From NCBI RefSeq assembly GCF_008831285.2, contig NC_045138.2, positions 15,252,001 through 15,316,000 of the forward strand: DNA of 64,000 nucleotides, given 5' to 3'. This stretch comes from Nymphaea colorata (lineage: Eukaryota). Numbering within the stretch: the stretch's first letter is position 1; every line of letters begins with the position of its first letter. The position numbers were made by a program, and so were the translations under genes. This document shows, in pieces, positions 51,642-63,389 of this stretch. The notes under the pieces are model-generated. The model was not told the origin of the DNA, ran no database searches, and saw only the letters and a program-made list of their open reading frames with translations.

Positions 51642-52145
51642 TAAAGAAACTTTAAATGTGATATAAATGTTGACCGGACCAGATTATCGCGCCAATTCCC
51701 TATTAATGCACGAACTTCCTTAGACCGATAAATGGCCCAAACAAATAAAATAGTTACTGTTCAAACTAGGTTTGCATCAGATATATGACAACTAAATGGG
51801 TCGGCCCCAGGTCAGATGTAGATTTGGCAGAAAAAAGGTTGGCAGGACCCAAGATCCAAATCGGACCCGCTTCAGGTCTAATCTGCCAGATGGTGGCTGG
51901 ATCTGACTATTCGAATAGAATAGGTAGAAAAATCAATTTGATTCAGTTTCCAGCACTCGACCGGACCAAACTCAAACCAGAAACAGACCTGAACCCAACC
52001 GAAGGACAGGGTCCAATATTTAAATCCAAATCCGTCAGCAGTATATTTAGTTTTTTTTTTTTTTTTTCCTTATAGATACCCATCATGAAAGATAGTTATA
52101 TTTAACTATATGTGGAATTTTCGTGAACCCTTTTCCCGCTATTTG

Positions 52146-52418
52146 TATCAGGGGCATAAGAACACCACCATACTGCAGCCTGCTTTCATGGGGGAAGCTT
52201 TGTTGGTTCCTGGGAACTCCGTTGCTGGCTTCCTCGATGCTCAGAAAGCCAGTGTGTTTTACAATGTAGATGTGAAGATGAAACCCAAGATTGGGCATTT
52301 GAAGACAACCAAGTATAGTCCAAACGTCTGGTGCTTCTACTTGCAGGTTCCGTTGAACTCCATGAGCTCATCATCTTCTGCCACTGGTGGGTTCACATGG
52401 ATCAAATGTGATGTGAAC
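52146..52418 (+). pseudogene. 5'-deleted NHL10-type pseudogene (3' half only)
   Basis: YQGHKNTTILQ...TTKYSPNVWCFYLQVPLN...GGFTWIKCDVN is fused directly to distal promoter sequence. No TATA, start codon or TM, and a 12-nt deletion removes MRFK. Confidence 0.88.
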
Positions 52419-54060
52419 AGATCTTTGTTGTGTCCACATGATCTGCGTTCTACTTGCACAGATCTTACTGTGTTTTGAATTTAAATATAAAAAACAAACA
52501 AGCTTTAATGATTAAAACTATGGTTAAGAGTTTGGAGAATGTTTTAGTGTATGTCTGTTCTTCCACGTATCTTACACCAAACGTGGTTTCTTTATTATGC
52601 AAACAAATGTTTGCATTTTCCTTGAAAAGTTTCATTATGTATGAATTGGAAAATACCCATCTCATGGACTAATCTATGCTGATGAAATTGCATTTTTCTA
52701 GCATATTTTTTGGAAGTCCATGTGTCTATGTGCATCCCCGTTTCAAACACAATTGCAAAAGTCGCGGATGGTTGTACATTTGTGGTCTACGTTTTTTCAG
52801 TTGAATCTAAAGGATCTGACTAGCAATCGATGACTTCTGCTTCCGCAATACGTTATGTGACGTAACCAGTGGGTGCCACATGTGCCAGTCTCACAAAATT
52901 TATTTATTTTTATCTTAATAATTTATATACTTTATTGTTTATATATATAACTGCTCTTAAAATCATTAAATTAATGCCTCCATCAACCAAAATTTCTATA
53001 ACAGTTATATATGTATATATATAGAACCATCCGCGACTTTTGCTGAACACTTAGTATATAAATAATTAATTGGAATTATGGCCGAACCAAATCTAGCGAG
53101 TCAAGTTATGTAAGACAAAAGAAGCCGTAGAGTCTTTAAAGAGCGATTTAAATGTTGGCCTGACCAAATTATAGCGCCAAGTACCTAATGCCGGAAGTAT
53201 GCATATGGGTCAGATCTAAGATAATTAAATGGGTCGTGGCCCCATGTCAGACTGAAATTTGGTAGAAAAAAAGGTTAACAGGACCCCAGATCCAAATCGG
53301 ACCCGCTTACAGCTCTAATCTGGCTGAATGAGGCTGAATCCGACTATTCAAATAGAATCGGTAGAAAATCGATTTGATTCACCAATCCATTCATGGATGC
53401 CACATATAGTAACGTTTTGTTATTCAAAAATATTTTAAAGGCTTCTATTTTTATTCATTTAAATATATCTTGTCCTTGTCTTTGAGAAAAGATTGATATA
53501 ATAATAATTTTTTTCTGATTCAAAATTTCAATTACTTAATCGGCCTATTCAATAGATATTTGATTCAGTTTCCGACCTTTACAACACTCGAGTGGACCCA
53601 ACTCAAACCTGAACCCAAATGAAGAGACAGGGTCCAATATTTAGAGCCAAAGCCATCAGCTGATTCTTATTATAATTAGTTTTTTTTTTTTTTTCTTATA
53701 GAAACACCTCATATTTTACTATATATGGAATTTCTTTGAACCTTTTTTCCTGATATTTCCTCCAATTTTCATGGGCTCCCCAAATCGGATCCTAGATCAT
53801 TAGCAGCCCGAACTTTCCTAGAAACTGGTCTCCCCAACTCGGACCCGACCCGTCGACGGACCATTCCCTTCCCTTTGGACTAACATCCTTTTCAGTTTTG
53901 GAAGCTTCCATGACATAACAGAAAGAAAACTGCACAAACTTCCAATCGCCGCCACGACGAAAATTTTCCAATGTCCACACATTGGAATCTTCCGTTCTCT
54001 CCTATCGGTTCCCGCGTTTCCCCCCTACATACACAACGCGTCGCGCGTGTTTCCAACTGC

Positions 54061-54067
54061 TATATAT
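54061..54067 (+). promoter_or_regulatory. TATA box
   Basis: TATATAT followed by a CT-rich leader; conserved in paralogs at 42387 and 59329. Confidence 0.7.
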
Positions 54068-54177
54068 TGAGCTTCTCAATCTTCCCTTCTCTTCATCTTT
54101 CTCCTCTCGATCTATCTCCTTCTTCCTGGGCCTCAACAACGCTTCAAGTTTCAGACCAATTAACTTCCTTTGCTCTC

Positions 54178-54888
54178 ATGGCCGAGTCCAAGCCGGCCAA
54201 TCCCAATGGAGCCTACTATGGTGGTGCTCAAGGGATCCCAACCCCTCCCCAGAACCCCCCACAGGCCTACTACAGCCACGGCCGCGGCCACCGCTCCTGC
54301 GGCTGCTGCTGCATCATAGGCACCTTACTCAAGCTCATCGTCTCCATTGTTGTCATTCTTGGCATCGCCGCTCTCATCATCTGGCTCGTGCTCCGGCCAT
54401 CGGCAGTCAAGTTCTACGTAGAAGATGTATCGCTGACGCAATTCAACCTGGCGAACACGAGCACTCTGCACTACGATCTCAAACTGAATGTTAGCATCAG
54501 GAACCCCAACAGGAAGATCGGGATCGACTACGACAAGCTCGAGGTGGCGGCGTACTACGCCGATGAGCGTTTCGGATGGGTTCAGCTGCCTGGTTTCTAT
54601 CAGGGGCATAAGAACACCTCCATACTGCAGACTGCCTTCAAGGGGCAATCTTTGATGGTTCCTGGTGACTCCATTGCTAATATCTTCAATGAACAGAAAG
54701 CAAGCGGATCTTACTATGTAGACGTGAAGATTAAGCCCAAGATGAGGTTCAAGATTGGGCAATTGAAGACAACCAAGTATAGCCCAAATGTTTGGTGCTA
54801 CCTGGAGGTTCCGTTGAACTCCGTGAACTCATCATCACCTGCCACTGGTGGGTTCACAAGGACCAAATGTGATGTGGACTACTTTTAG
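54178..54888 (+). CDS. NHL10: NDR1/HIN1-like protein, NHL10/YLS9/HIN1 type, 236 aa
   Basis: NGAYYG, Cys cluster SCGCCC, TM + WLVLRPSAVKFYV, RNPNRKIGIDYD, FYQGHKNT, FTRTKCDVDYF. The ATG at 54178 matches the start of the paralog at 59427. Confidence 0.93.
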   Translation: MAESKPANPNGAYYGGAQGIPTPPQNPPQAYYSHGRGHRSCGCCCIIGTLLKLIVSIVVILGIAALIIWLVLRPSAVKFYVEDVSLTQFNLANTSTLHYDLKLNVSIRNPNRKIGIDYDKLEVAAYYADERFGWVQLPGFYQGHKNTSILQTAFKGQSLMVPGDSIANIFNEQKASGSYYVDVKIKPKMRFKIGQLKTTKYSPNVWCYLEVPLNSVNSSSPATGGFTRTKCDVDYF

Positions 54889-56731
54889 GTTTTTGGGTTT
54901 TTTTTTTTTTCTTTTCATTCTTTTTTATGTCCACATTTGTTCTTGTTATGTGCTTTTGGACAGATCTTGCTGTGTTCATTAGATGCGTTTAGTGATTAAG
55001 ATTCTTCTCTTTTTTTGGTCTTTTTGTGTGTATATCAGTATGTAATAAAACTCATTTTCTTTACAGAGGATACATATATTTATGTTTTGCTTGGAAGTTA
55101 AGGCATTCTGCAGTTGACCATTGATTTTTCCCATTTATTCGGCTGGTGTGTTTACATGAGGAGCTGTATGACTAAGTGAAAGCACTTTTCTTAGTTGTTA
55201 AGGTAGTCATTGTCCACCAAAACCTGTGTGTGTGCACGCATATATGTGCTCATAGTCGGTCAGATTCGTTCGACATAGCAATACCAATTTTTTTTTCTTA
55301 TTGCTTAAGAATAGCAAAGACTAAGTTAAAGATGTCTGTTTCTGTTTCAAAATTTAAATTTGATTAGACACTACTACTGAACTTAAATCTAAAATCAAAC
55401 TAGTTATAATGTTTAAAAGTTGATCTACAGCGTATTTTCTTAATTGGAAATAGAGATTTCAGAAAGAATGAACATTATATGAAAAAGATAAACAAATCAG
55501 ATAGCAGAAGGCCCAACCGCCGAAGGACATTAGACAGAGATAGAGACTGCGGACTTGATTAGTCCTTCTCTGAATTAATAAAAGCCCAGTTCGACCCTGT
55601 GACTAATTTAATCGTGTCATGTTGACCAAGCTTAAATCCTACCACTCTGTAACCTGAGCTTCTTCATGTCGGCTCACCAGAAATTTTACTTGATACAGAC
55701 GAGATCTAGTAAGTGGTCTAATCCTCAAAGGGCTCTTGTTATGCTCATAATCAGGCAATGGCCAAACTTGAGTTAGAGCCAACCTGATTCACGAAAACTA
55801 TGTTAAATTTATACTGTTCATCATGTAATAAATAATTCTTGCAGAATACTAGATATGTACGACCAATATAATTTGGTGGCCCCGTGTCAGAGGACCCACA
55901 TGCATATAAAATAGGAGGAATATTCGCATGCCAACCACATACGTGCATGTTGAAAAACTTGACAAGTTCAGTAAAAGCACTAAGATTCCCAAGTTCCACT
56001 TGAAGGATACAAATCACCAATGATGACATTGTGGCAGAATGAGACAAGAAAAATATCAAGCATATAACATTGTCAGGAAGGTAAATTTTATACCTGAACA
56101 ACGACATCAAAGCTACATGCAAGATATGCGCCTTAAATGGTTATCCATGAAGAAAATTGTTGGTCTAATAGTTCCACATAAAACTGGTGTACTCAATACT
56201 GTGCTTGAGTTATACTGTGAAGACATGCCTGGCTTTGAGAACCATGTGGTGCATTCTGCTATAAGGGAATAATGTTAAGAGCTGATACATCCAGAAAATT
56301 GAGTCCAAGATGAGAGTTTACATTTGAGTTTCCACCGAGTTACATGGAACTTTGCCCTCAGGAACCAGAGATACATGTATATCTGATCCTCTGAAGTAAA
56401 TAATAAACTAGCCAAGGTAAAATTTTATATTGGAACATGAGATTGATTGCTCGAATGCGTCTCATATTTGCTTTCCTGAACTTCTCTGAGTTAGCTTCAA
56501 CAGCGAAAGGGAAAAAGAGGAAAAAAGTTAATTTTCTGCCGATATGCATGATTCATCTGAGATTCTGAACTCGGCACAAGCAGTTGAAGTTTTCGAGTTA
56601 CAGAAAATTTCTTGCCTTCAATCTCAATGATCTCTATATGTGATGTAATAATAAATCAAGGCCGAAAATCTCACGATAGTTTGAACTTAGATGAAATGAG
56701 TAATTTATATTATTCTTTCCATACAAAATAG

Positions 56732-57481
56732 TCATACATTAACAATCACACTGGAGTCCATGAAGGGATTAAAAGGAAATAACCAATTTAGGAATTCCAC
56801 TTTACATTCCGTTCTTGTAAATTCACCAATTCTTGAGGCGCCAGAGTTATTTGAAGGCACCAGGGGAACCATCAATTCACACCAAATCTTCTGAGAGAAC
56901 TTGTGTGTCATCATCGCCCCAATTTTAAGCATCATCTTCGCATGAATCTCAACATCGATACTGTAAATACCATCTGCTCTATGCTCCATGAAGTCAACCA
57001 CACTCGATTCACTAAAGACAATCACAGACTGACCACCAAAAGCAGGGTGAATCATGACCGCCTCTTTGCGCCTCAGATAGAAGCCAGGCAGTAAAACCCA
57101 GCCAATCAATTTTTCATGATAATAAGCAGACGTGTCGAGCTTCTGGTAGTAGACGCCGAAGTTGTCGTGCGGATTCGTTATATTAACATCCAAATTGAGA
57201 TGGTATCGCAGGGTGTGTTTGCTGGTTAAGTTGAACTCTGTTAAATACGCATTCTCTACGTAGTAAGTCACAGGACGAGACCGCAGAACATACAGGGTGA
57301 GGAAAACAGCTGCGCCAACGATGGCCAGAATGATGGTTGTGCAGTACATGAGCACAACAAAAGTCCGGCAATGGCCGGCGGATCGGCCGGCCTTGTGTCC
57401 GGAATACTGTGGCAGGAGTGGGATATCATGGTGAGCAGCTGGGTGGGTTCTGTTAAAATGGTTTGGCTCCGAATGAGCCAT
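56732..57481 (-). CDS. Diverged NDR1/HIN1-like protein (NHL10-derived), 249 aa
   Basis: TM + YVLRSRPVTYYVENAYLTEFNLT, TNPHDNFGVYYQ, LPGFYL, FTRTECKV; TATATAA on the - strand at 57566-57572. Confidence 0.88.
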   Translation of the reverse strand: MAHSEPNHFNRTHPAAHHDIPLLPQYSGHKAGRSAGHCRTFVVLMYCTTIILAIVGAAVFLTLYVLRSRPVTYYVENAYLTEFNLTSKHTLRYHLNLDVNITNPHDNFGVYYQKLDTSAYYHEKLIGWVLLPGFYLRRKEAVMIHPAFGGQSVIVFSESSVVDFMEHRADGIYSIDVEIHAKMMLKIGAMMTHKFSQKIWCELMVPLVPSNNSGASRIGEFTRTECKVEFLNWLFPFNPFMDSSVIVNV

Positions 57482-59328
57482 TCTCTAGGAAGAAATCTGA
57501 ACACTTGAAGGGAAAATAGAGAGTGGTAAGAAGGAACTAATGAGAAAGGCAGGCGGACAATTTGATTATATAGCCGTTGAAAATATGCGACTGGCTTCTA
57601 GTTGCAGAGGAGGGGCAGCCTTTGTGTTTTTTTCTCCTTTGTGAAGCTGACAGACTTTCCGTTGCTCCGATCACAACATCATTCAGATATAATAAGATGC
57701 TTCTTAGAAAAAGTAAAAAAACATAACGAATTCCGGTTGAGTTCTTCTCTTGTTTAATTGATCTAGTCAACATCGCTAGTCAATCTCCTATTTTCTCTGT
57801 AACAGTGAGTAGCAAGAACGATTGTCAGCTTGAATAGGTTTCAAGATTACTGTCATCTGATACGAGAATATTCTTCAACAGTGAAGATCACGATAAGAAG
57901 ACAGGAGATGAAGATAAGGATAAACTACGATCCGTTACAACAGATTCATTCTAACTGTAGAACACACAGATTTACGAAATCTGATTTATCTTCATTAACT
58001 AGAATATTTCAAGTGCAAGGTATCAAGGATCATGGCAGACTTGGTGTTTCTTCTGAACCATATCAAAATCTGGTTTTTCTTCTGTTTTATCTCTATTTTG
58101 ACCCTCACTTCGTAAGAGCAACTTAAATAGTCAGGCCTGAGTAGGGTGGCCCAAGTAGTTGGTGCAAAGATGAGGTAAGGGTTGGTAGATGGTTAATATC
58201 CATTTCCTATATCAATTTTATGTGCTACAAAATGGACGACACCAATGTGTAGATTAAAGCATAACAGGGACATCATCCGAGGCAACACGAGAGGAAGGGT
58301 GGAAGCTGCGCCTCTTTGATTGAGCATGAGATTAAATATTTTTCATGCTCACCCATAAAGGAGCAACAGGTTTTAGTTCAGACGTATAATTTAGGGCAAT
58401 TACATACATCATGTATGCAGTTTTACTTAAAGGCGTTGGCTTAAGAGATTCCAGTTTATCGGGTTCATTGATGCTAGATGTGCAGCATGACCACCAACTT
58501 TTTAAAAAAAAAAAAAAAAATCTTCGTTTCGATTCTTAATCATCTCATAATTTTGGATCCACTGCCGCTAACAAATCAATTCAGTTGCTTTCATCCACCC
58601 TAAAATGAGAATTTGCTAGAAATTAGAAAAAAAAAAAGAGGCAAACAGTGATACATAGTCGCGTTTACGCAAACGTTTCTTATGCTAAAGACAGGTTTGA
58701 GTCCAAATCATGGTGCAATAGAACAGCAAAATCCAAACTAGATCAAATAGGTTTGAGTATTTTAGTATATAAATATTTAATTGCATGGCCGAATCAGGTC
58801 TAACCAGTCAAGTTTGGCAAGACCGAACGCTCTTTAGGGTCTTCATATTAAATGTTGAGCTGACCCACATCATTTATCAAATCATATCGAATTGTAGCCA
58901 CGTCCCTAACCCCTTCTTAGACCGGAAAACCATGGAGCCCAAACAAATTAAATGCCAAGTGTTCAAACTTGGGATGCATGTGTGGGTGGGATCTAATGTT
59001 TAGATCCAGGTCCATCTGCATATCCTTATTATCATTCGTGTTTTTCCTGTTTCTCATAGGAATCATTGATGAGAAACAAGTATTTTCAAATGCTAATTAT
59101 ATGTGGACCGTCCACGATTTTTTTTTTTATGGGCTCCCAAAACCGGAACTTGGATCCAAATTAAGAAGTCAGAGACTTCCCGGAATCCGGTCAAGTCGGA
59201 TCCGACCCGTCTCCATGGCTGACTTCCTTTTCACCTCTGGCCAAGTTGGGAAGCTTCTATGAAATTCCTACTGACGGGAGGAGAAATTTACAACGTCCCC
59301 GCCGCACCACAAACAAACTTTCAACTGC

Positions 59329-59335
59329 TATATAT
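59329..59335 (+). promoter_or_regulatory. TATA box
   Basis: caactgcTATATATT context conserved with 54061. Confidence 0.7.
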
Positions 59336-59426
59336 TAAGGTTCTTGATCCTCCGTTATCTTCGTCTTCCTTTTCTGGTTCTGTCTCTTCTTCCTGAGCCT
59401 CAAGTATTCTTCAAGGTTTTGCTCTC

Positions 59427-60137
59427 ATGGCCGACTCCAAGCCAACCCACTTCAACGGAGCCTACTACGCCGGTCCACAAGGAGCCCCAACTGTCCCCCA
59501 ACAGCCGCCACAGGCCTACTACCGCCCCGGCCGCGGCCACAGCTCCTGCGGTTTCTGCTGCATCATAGGCACCTTCCTCAAGATCATCATCACCATCGTT
59601 GTCATCATCGGCATCGCCGCTCTCGTTATCTGGCTCGTTCTCCGGCCGACGGCGATCAAATTCTACGTAGAAAACGCGTCCCTGACACAGTTCAACTTGA
59701 CAAACACGAACACTCTGCACTATGATCTCAAATTGAATGTTAGCATAACGAACCACAACAGGAAGATCGGGATCGACTACGACAATCTCGAGGCGGCGGC
59801 GTATTACGCCGGAGAGCGGTTCGGGTGGGATCAGCTGCCTGGCTTCTATCAGGGTCATAAGAACACCACCATACTGCAGACTGCCTTCAAGGGGCAGTCT
59901 TTGATTGTCCCTGCGGATTTCGTTGCCAATGTCTTCAATGATCAGAAAGCACGCGGGTTTTACTACGTAGATGTGAAGATTAAACCCAACATGAGGTTCA
60001 AGATTGGGCATTTGAAGACAACCAAGTATAGTCCAAAGATCTGGTGCTACTTTCAGGTTCCTTTGGACTCTAAGAACTCATCATCATCTGCCGCTGGTGG
60101 GTTCACTAGGACCAAATGTGATGTGGATTACTGGTAG
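59427..60137 (+). CDS. NHL10: NDR1/HIN1-like protein, NHL10/YLS9/HIN1 type, 236 aa
   Basis: Close paralog of 54178..54888 with all NHL motifs (NHNRKIGIDYD, FYQGHKNT). Confidence 0.93.
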   Translation: MADSKPTHFNGAYYAGPQGAPTVPQQPPQAYYRPGRGHSSCGFCCIIGTFLKIIITIVVIIGIAALVIWLVLRPTAIKFYVENASLTQFNLTNTNTLHYDLKLNVSITNHNRKIGIDYDNLEAAAYYAGERFGWDQLPGFYQGHKNTTILQTAFKGQSLIVPADFVANVFNDQKARGFYYVDVKIKPNMRFKIGHLKTTKYSPKIWCYFQVPLDSKNSSSSAAGGFTRTKCDVDYW

Positions 60138-61682
60138 CCTTGGGGTTTTTTCCTTCTTGTTTGTTTCCGTCTTTTTTCTCCATATGTTCGATTTGCACAG
60201 ATCTTACCGTGTAAATTAGATCAAGATGTTGTTGGTGATTGAGATTCTTCATTGAATTTTTGGGATTTTTGTGTGTGTACATGTAATAAAAGTCAATCTC
60301 TCTATAGTGGATATGTTTTTTTTATGTTTGTAGTTTTATTTTATTCTGGCTGACCTTTTGCTTAGAATTTAAGGCATTCAGCGGTTCACTACGGATTTTT
60401 TCCTTTTTATTTGCCTCGCTGGTGGGTTTATATAAGCTGCGTATGACTAAGTAAAACCTCTTCTCTTAGTTGTTAAGGTATTCAGACATTGACGTTGTGC
60501 TTATCTATCAAAGTATGTGTGTGTGTGCATGCACGCGTGAGTGCTTACGATCGGTCAAATTCGGGTTCGACATAGCCATATCGATTTATTGCCTTGCGAA
60601 GGAAAAAACAAAGTCTTAAGTTGAAGGTGTCTGTTTATGTTTCGAAATTCAAAGTTGATTAAGTACCATCACTGAACTTAAATGTAAAATCAAGATAGAT
60701 ATGATGACTGCAGCAAATTTTCTTAGTTAAAACGGAAGAGATTAAAGAGAGAATGAACAATACATGAAGAAGATAAACAAATCAGTTGGTAGGAAGCCCA
60801 AGAACTTACACAGAAAGAAAGACTGTAGACCCGGACCTTGCTCTGGATTAAGAAAAGTCCCGTTCGATCCTGCGACTAATTTAATAAAGATACAGCAAAC
60901 TATCTTGTTGTATTGGTCAAGCTTAAATCCTACCACTTTGCAACCTAAGCTTCTTCATGCTGTTCTCACCAGAAATTTACTTGTTACATAACAAATATAG
61001 TGAGTGGTCTGATCCTCGCTAGCCCTTGTTATTACATTTGGCCAGACTGTACTAGAGGGTGCTGAAAGTTCAGGTTAAATTATGCTGTTTCCTTAATAAA
61101 TACTTCATAAGGAATTGCAAGAAAATGCATATTAAGTGTCCAATATAATCTCATGGCCTGTCATTCACTAAAACTCCCTCTCATAGGATCCACAAACATG
61201 TTATAGAGAAACTTGGGCCAGATCATGGATGAACATTGGGGTGCCAACCGAGTTGCAGATAGGGCTGGTCAACTGGTCGAACAGGCTGAGCCTCATGTAT
61301 CTGCCTTGGTTTGTCCTATCACAAACTGGCCAAGGCGAAAAACTGTAGATTGGAATGCACTGGTTGCTCAAATGTGCTGCAAAAGGAATTGCCTCAAAAA
61401 TCTGTACTTCATACTTCTAGAAATTCTTTGATTTTGCATCAACAGCAAAAGAAAAAAGGAAAATAGAAATCTCAACTGACATTCATAATTCACGAAAACT
61501 CCGCACAAGTGTTTTTGCTATCCTGGAATGGAAAATGTCATCCATTTAATCTCAACGATCTCCAGACGAGATGCACTAACAAATTCAAAGCGCAAAAATC
61601 TCATGATAGTCTGAACTTAGATAAACGAGTAATTGATATTATTCTGTCCATACACAATAATCATACATTAGCAAGAATCACA

Positions 61683-62411
61683 CTAAAGTCCTTGAAGGGA
61701 TTTAAAAGGAAAGAACCAATCCAGGTATTCCACTTTACATTCGGTTCTTGTAAATTCACCATTTCTGAAGGCAGAGTTGCTCGATGGCATCAGGGGAACC
61801 ATCAATTCACACCAAATTTTTTGACAGAACTTGTCTGTCATCAATGCCCCAAATTTAAGCCTCATCTTGGCATGAATCTCAATATCTATACTGTAAAAAC
61901 CATCTGATCTCTGCTTCATGGAATCACTGACCCTCAAGCCATTGAGCCCGATTACAGACTGCCCACCGAAAACAGGGTGAATCGAGACCGTCCTGTTGCG
62001 TCCCAGATAGAAGGTAGGCAGGAAAACCCAGCCAATCAATTCTTCATCATAATATGCAGATGCGTCGAGCTTCTGGTAGTAGACGCCAAACATCATGTTC
62101 GGATTCGTTATACTTACATCCAGTTTGAGATTACATTGCAGAGTGCCCTTGCTGGTTAAGTTGAACTCTGACAAATATGCATCCTCTACGAAGTAAGTCA
62201 CGGCACGAGGCCGAAGAACGTACAGGGCGAGGAATGCAGCTGCACCAAGGATGACAAAAATGACGACCACGCACATAAACATGGCGCAGATCCGGCAATG
62301 GCAACTGGGTCGGCTGGTCTTCTGATCGGAGTACTGTGGCAGGACTGGGGGCACATCATGGGGAGCAGCAGGGTAGGTTCTGTTGAAATGGATTGGCTCG
62401 GAATCAGCCAT
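61683..62411 (-). CDS. Diverged NDR1/HIN1-like protein, paralog of 56732..57481, 242 aa
   Basis: YVLRPRAVTYFVEDA, TNPNMMFGVYYQ, LPTFYL, FTRTECKV. Confidence 0.88.
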   Translation of the reverse strand: MADSEPIHFNRTYPAAPHDVPPVLPQYSDQKTSRPSCHCRICAMFMCVVVIFVILGAAAFLALYVLRPRAVTYFVEDAYLSEFNLTSKGTLQCNLKLDVSITNPNMMFGVYYQKLDASAYYDEELIGWVFLPTFYLGRNRTVSIHPVFGGQSVIGLNGLRVSDSMKQRSDGFYSIDIEIHAKMRLKFGALMTDKFCQKIWCELMVPLMPSSNSAFRNGEFTRTECKVEYLDWFFPFKSLQGL

Positions 62412-63256
62412 TGGGCATTGTCTTCAGGAAGATGAAGGAAGAAATCTGGGCACTTGATGACCAAATAGACGGTGGTAAGAAGGAATAAATGAGAAGGGCA
62501 GGCAAAGAATTTGACTATATTGCCAGCCATTGGCTTTTTGGTTGCAGAGGATGGCAGCCTCTGGTTTTTCCCTCTTTTTTCTTCTGGTTGCAGCTCATGG
62601 TTTTCTTGCCCACCGCTGAGCTGATCACGACGTCATTCAAGACATAGTCAGAAGTTGCTTATCGAATTCGAAAATTAATATATAAGATGACGAATTCCGT
62701 TGAGTGTCTCATTTTAAACCCACGAAGCCAACAACGCTGTCCATTTCTTATTTTCCCTCAGCAATTCAATGAATACCAATCAAACGGCTACTCTCTAAAC
62801 TCTTCTTTTCTCTCTTGCGTTCTGTCCCCCTGAACCAGAGGAACTCTGTCACGAGAACATGCACGCCCACAACCGGCTCACTTCAAAAGACCCTCCATTG
62901 CAGATCCCAAAGCACTCTGTTCCAATGTAAAAGTTTTATATATATATATATATATAGGAGCCTTTTGCCATCAATTGTTAGTGCAGTCTTAAGGTATTAA
63001 AAGTTTATTTTTCACCTTTTAGAAAAAATTTAGCAATGCATGCCCTCTAGTCTATAGTCTATACTGAGTAACCATGTTAAAATTTGTGTACATCATCAAT
63101 TTAGATTGAGAGAAAACAAGCATATACCATGTTTTTCTGCTGCAGAATGAAACAGGCCTTAACCAAAAGGCACATGGATGACTGTATTCATCTCCTGACT
63201 AATTGGGTCTTTAAATATGTTAATTATGATTTTCCCTTGGTTTTTTTTACATAAGG

Positions 63257-63350
63257 TGTCGATTTGGCATCTTTATAATGGACTATTTTCATTGGCAAGA
63301 ACTTGTCGATTTGGCATCTTTATAAGGGACTATTTTCATTGGCAAGAACT
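63257..63350 (+). repeat. 47-bp tandem duplication (2 copies, 1 mismatch)
   Basis: tgtcgatttggcatctttataa(t/g)ggactattttcattggcaagaact twice. Confidence 0.92.
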
Positions 63351-63389
63351 TCTTTCCTCTTTGTTCATCTTCATTGATTTCACTGGCAG

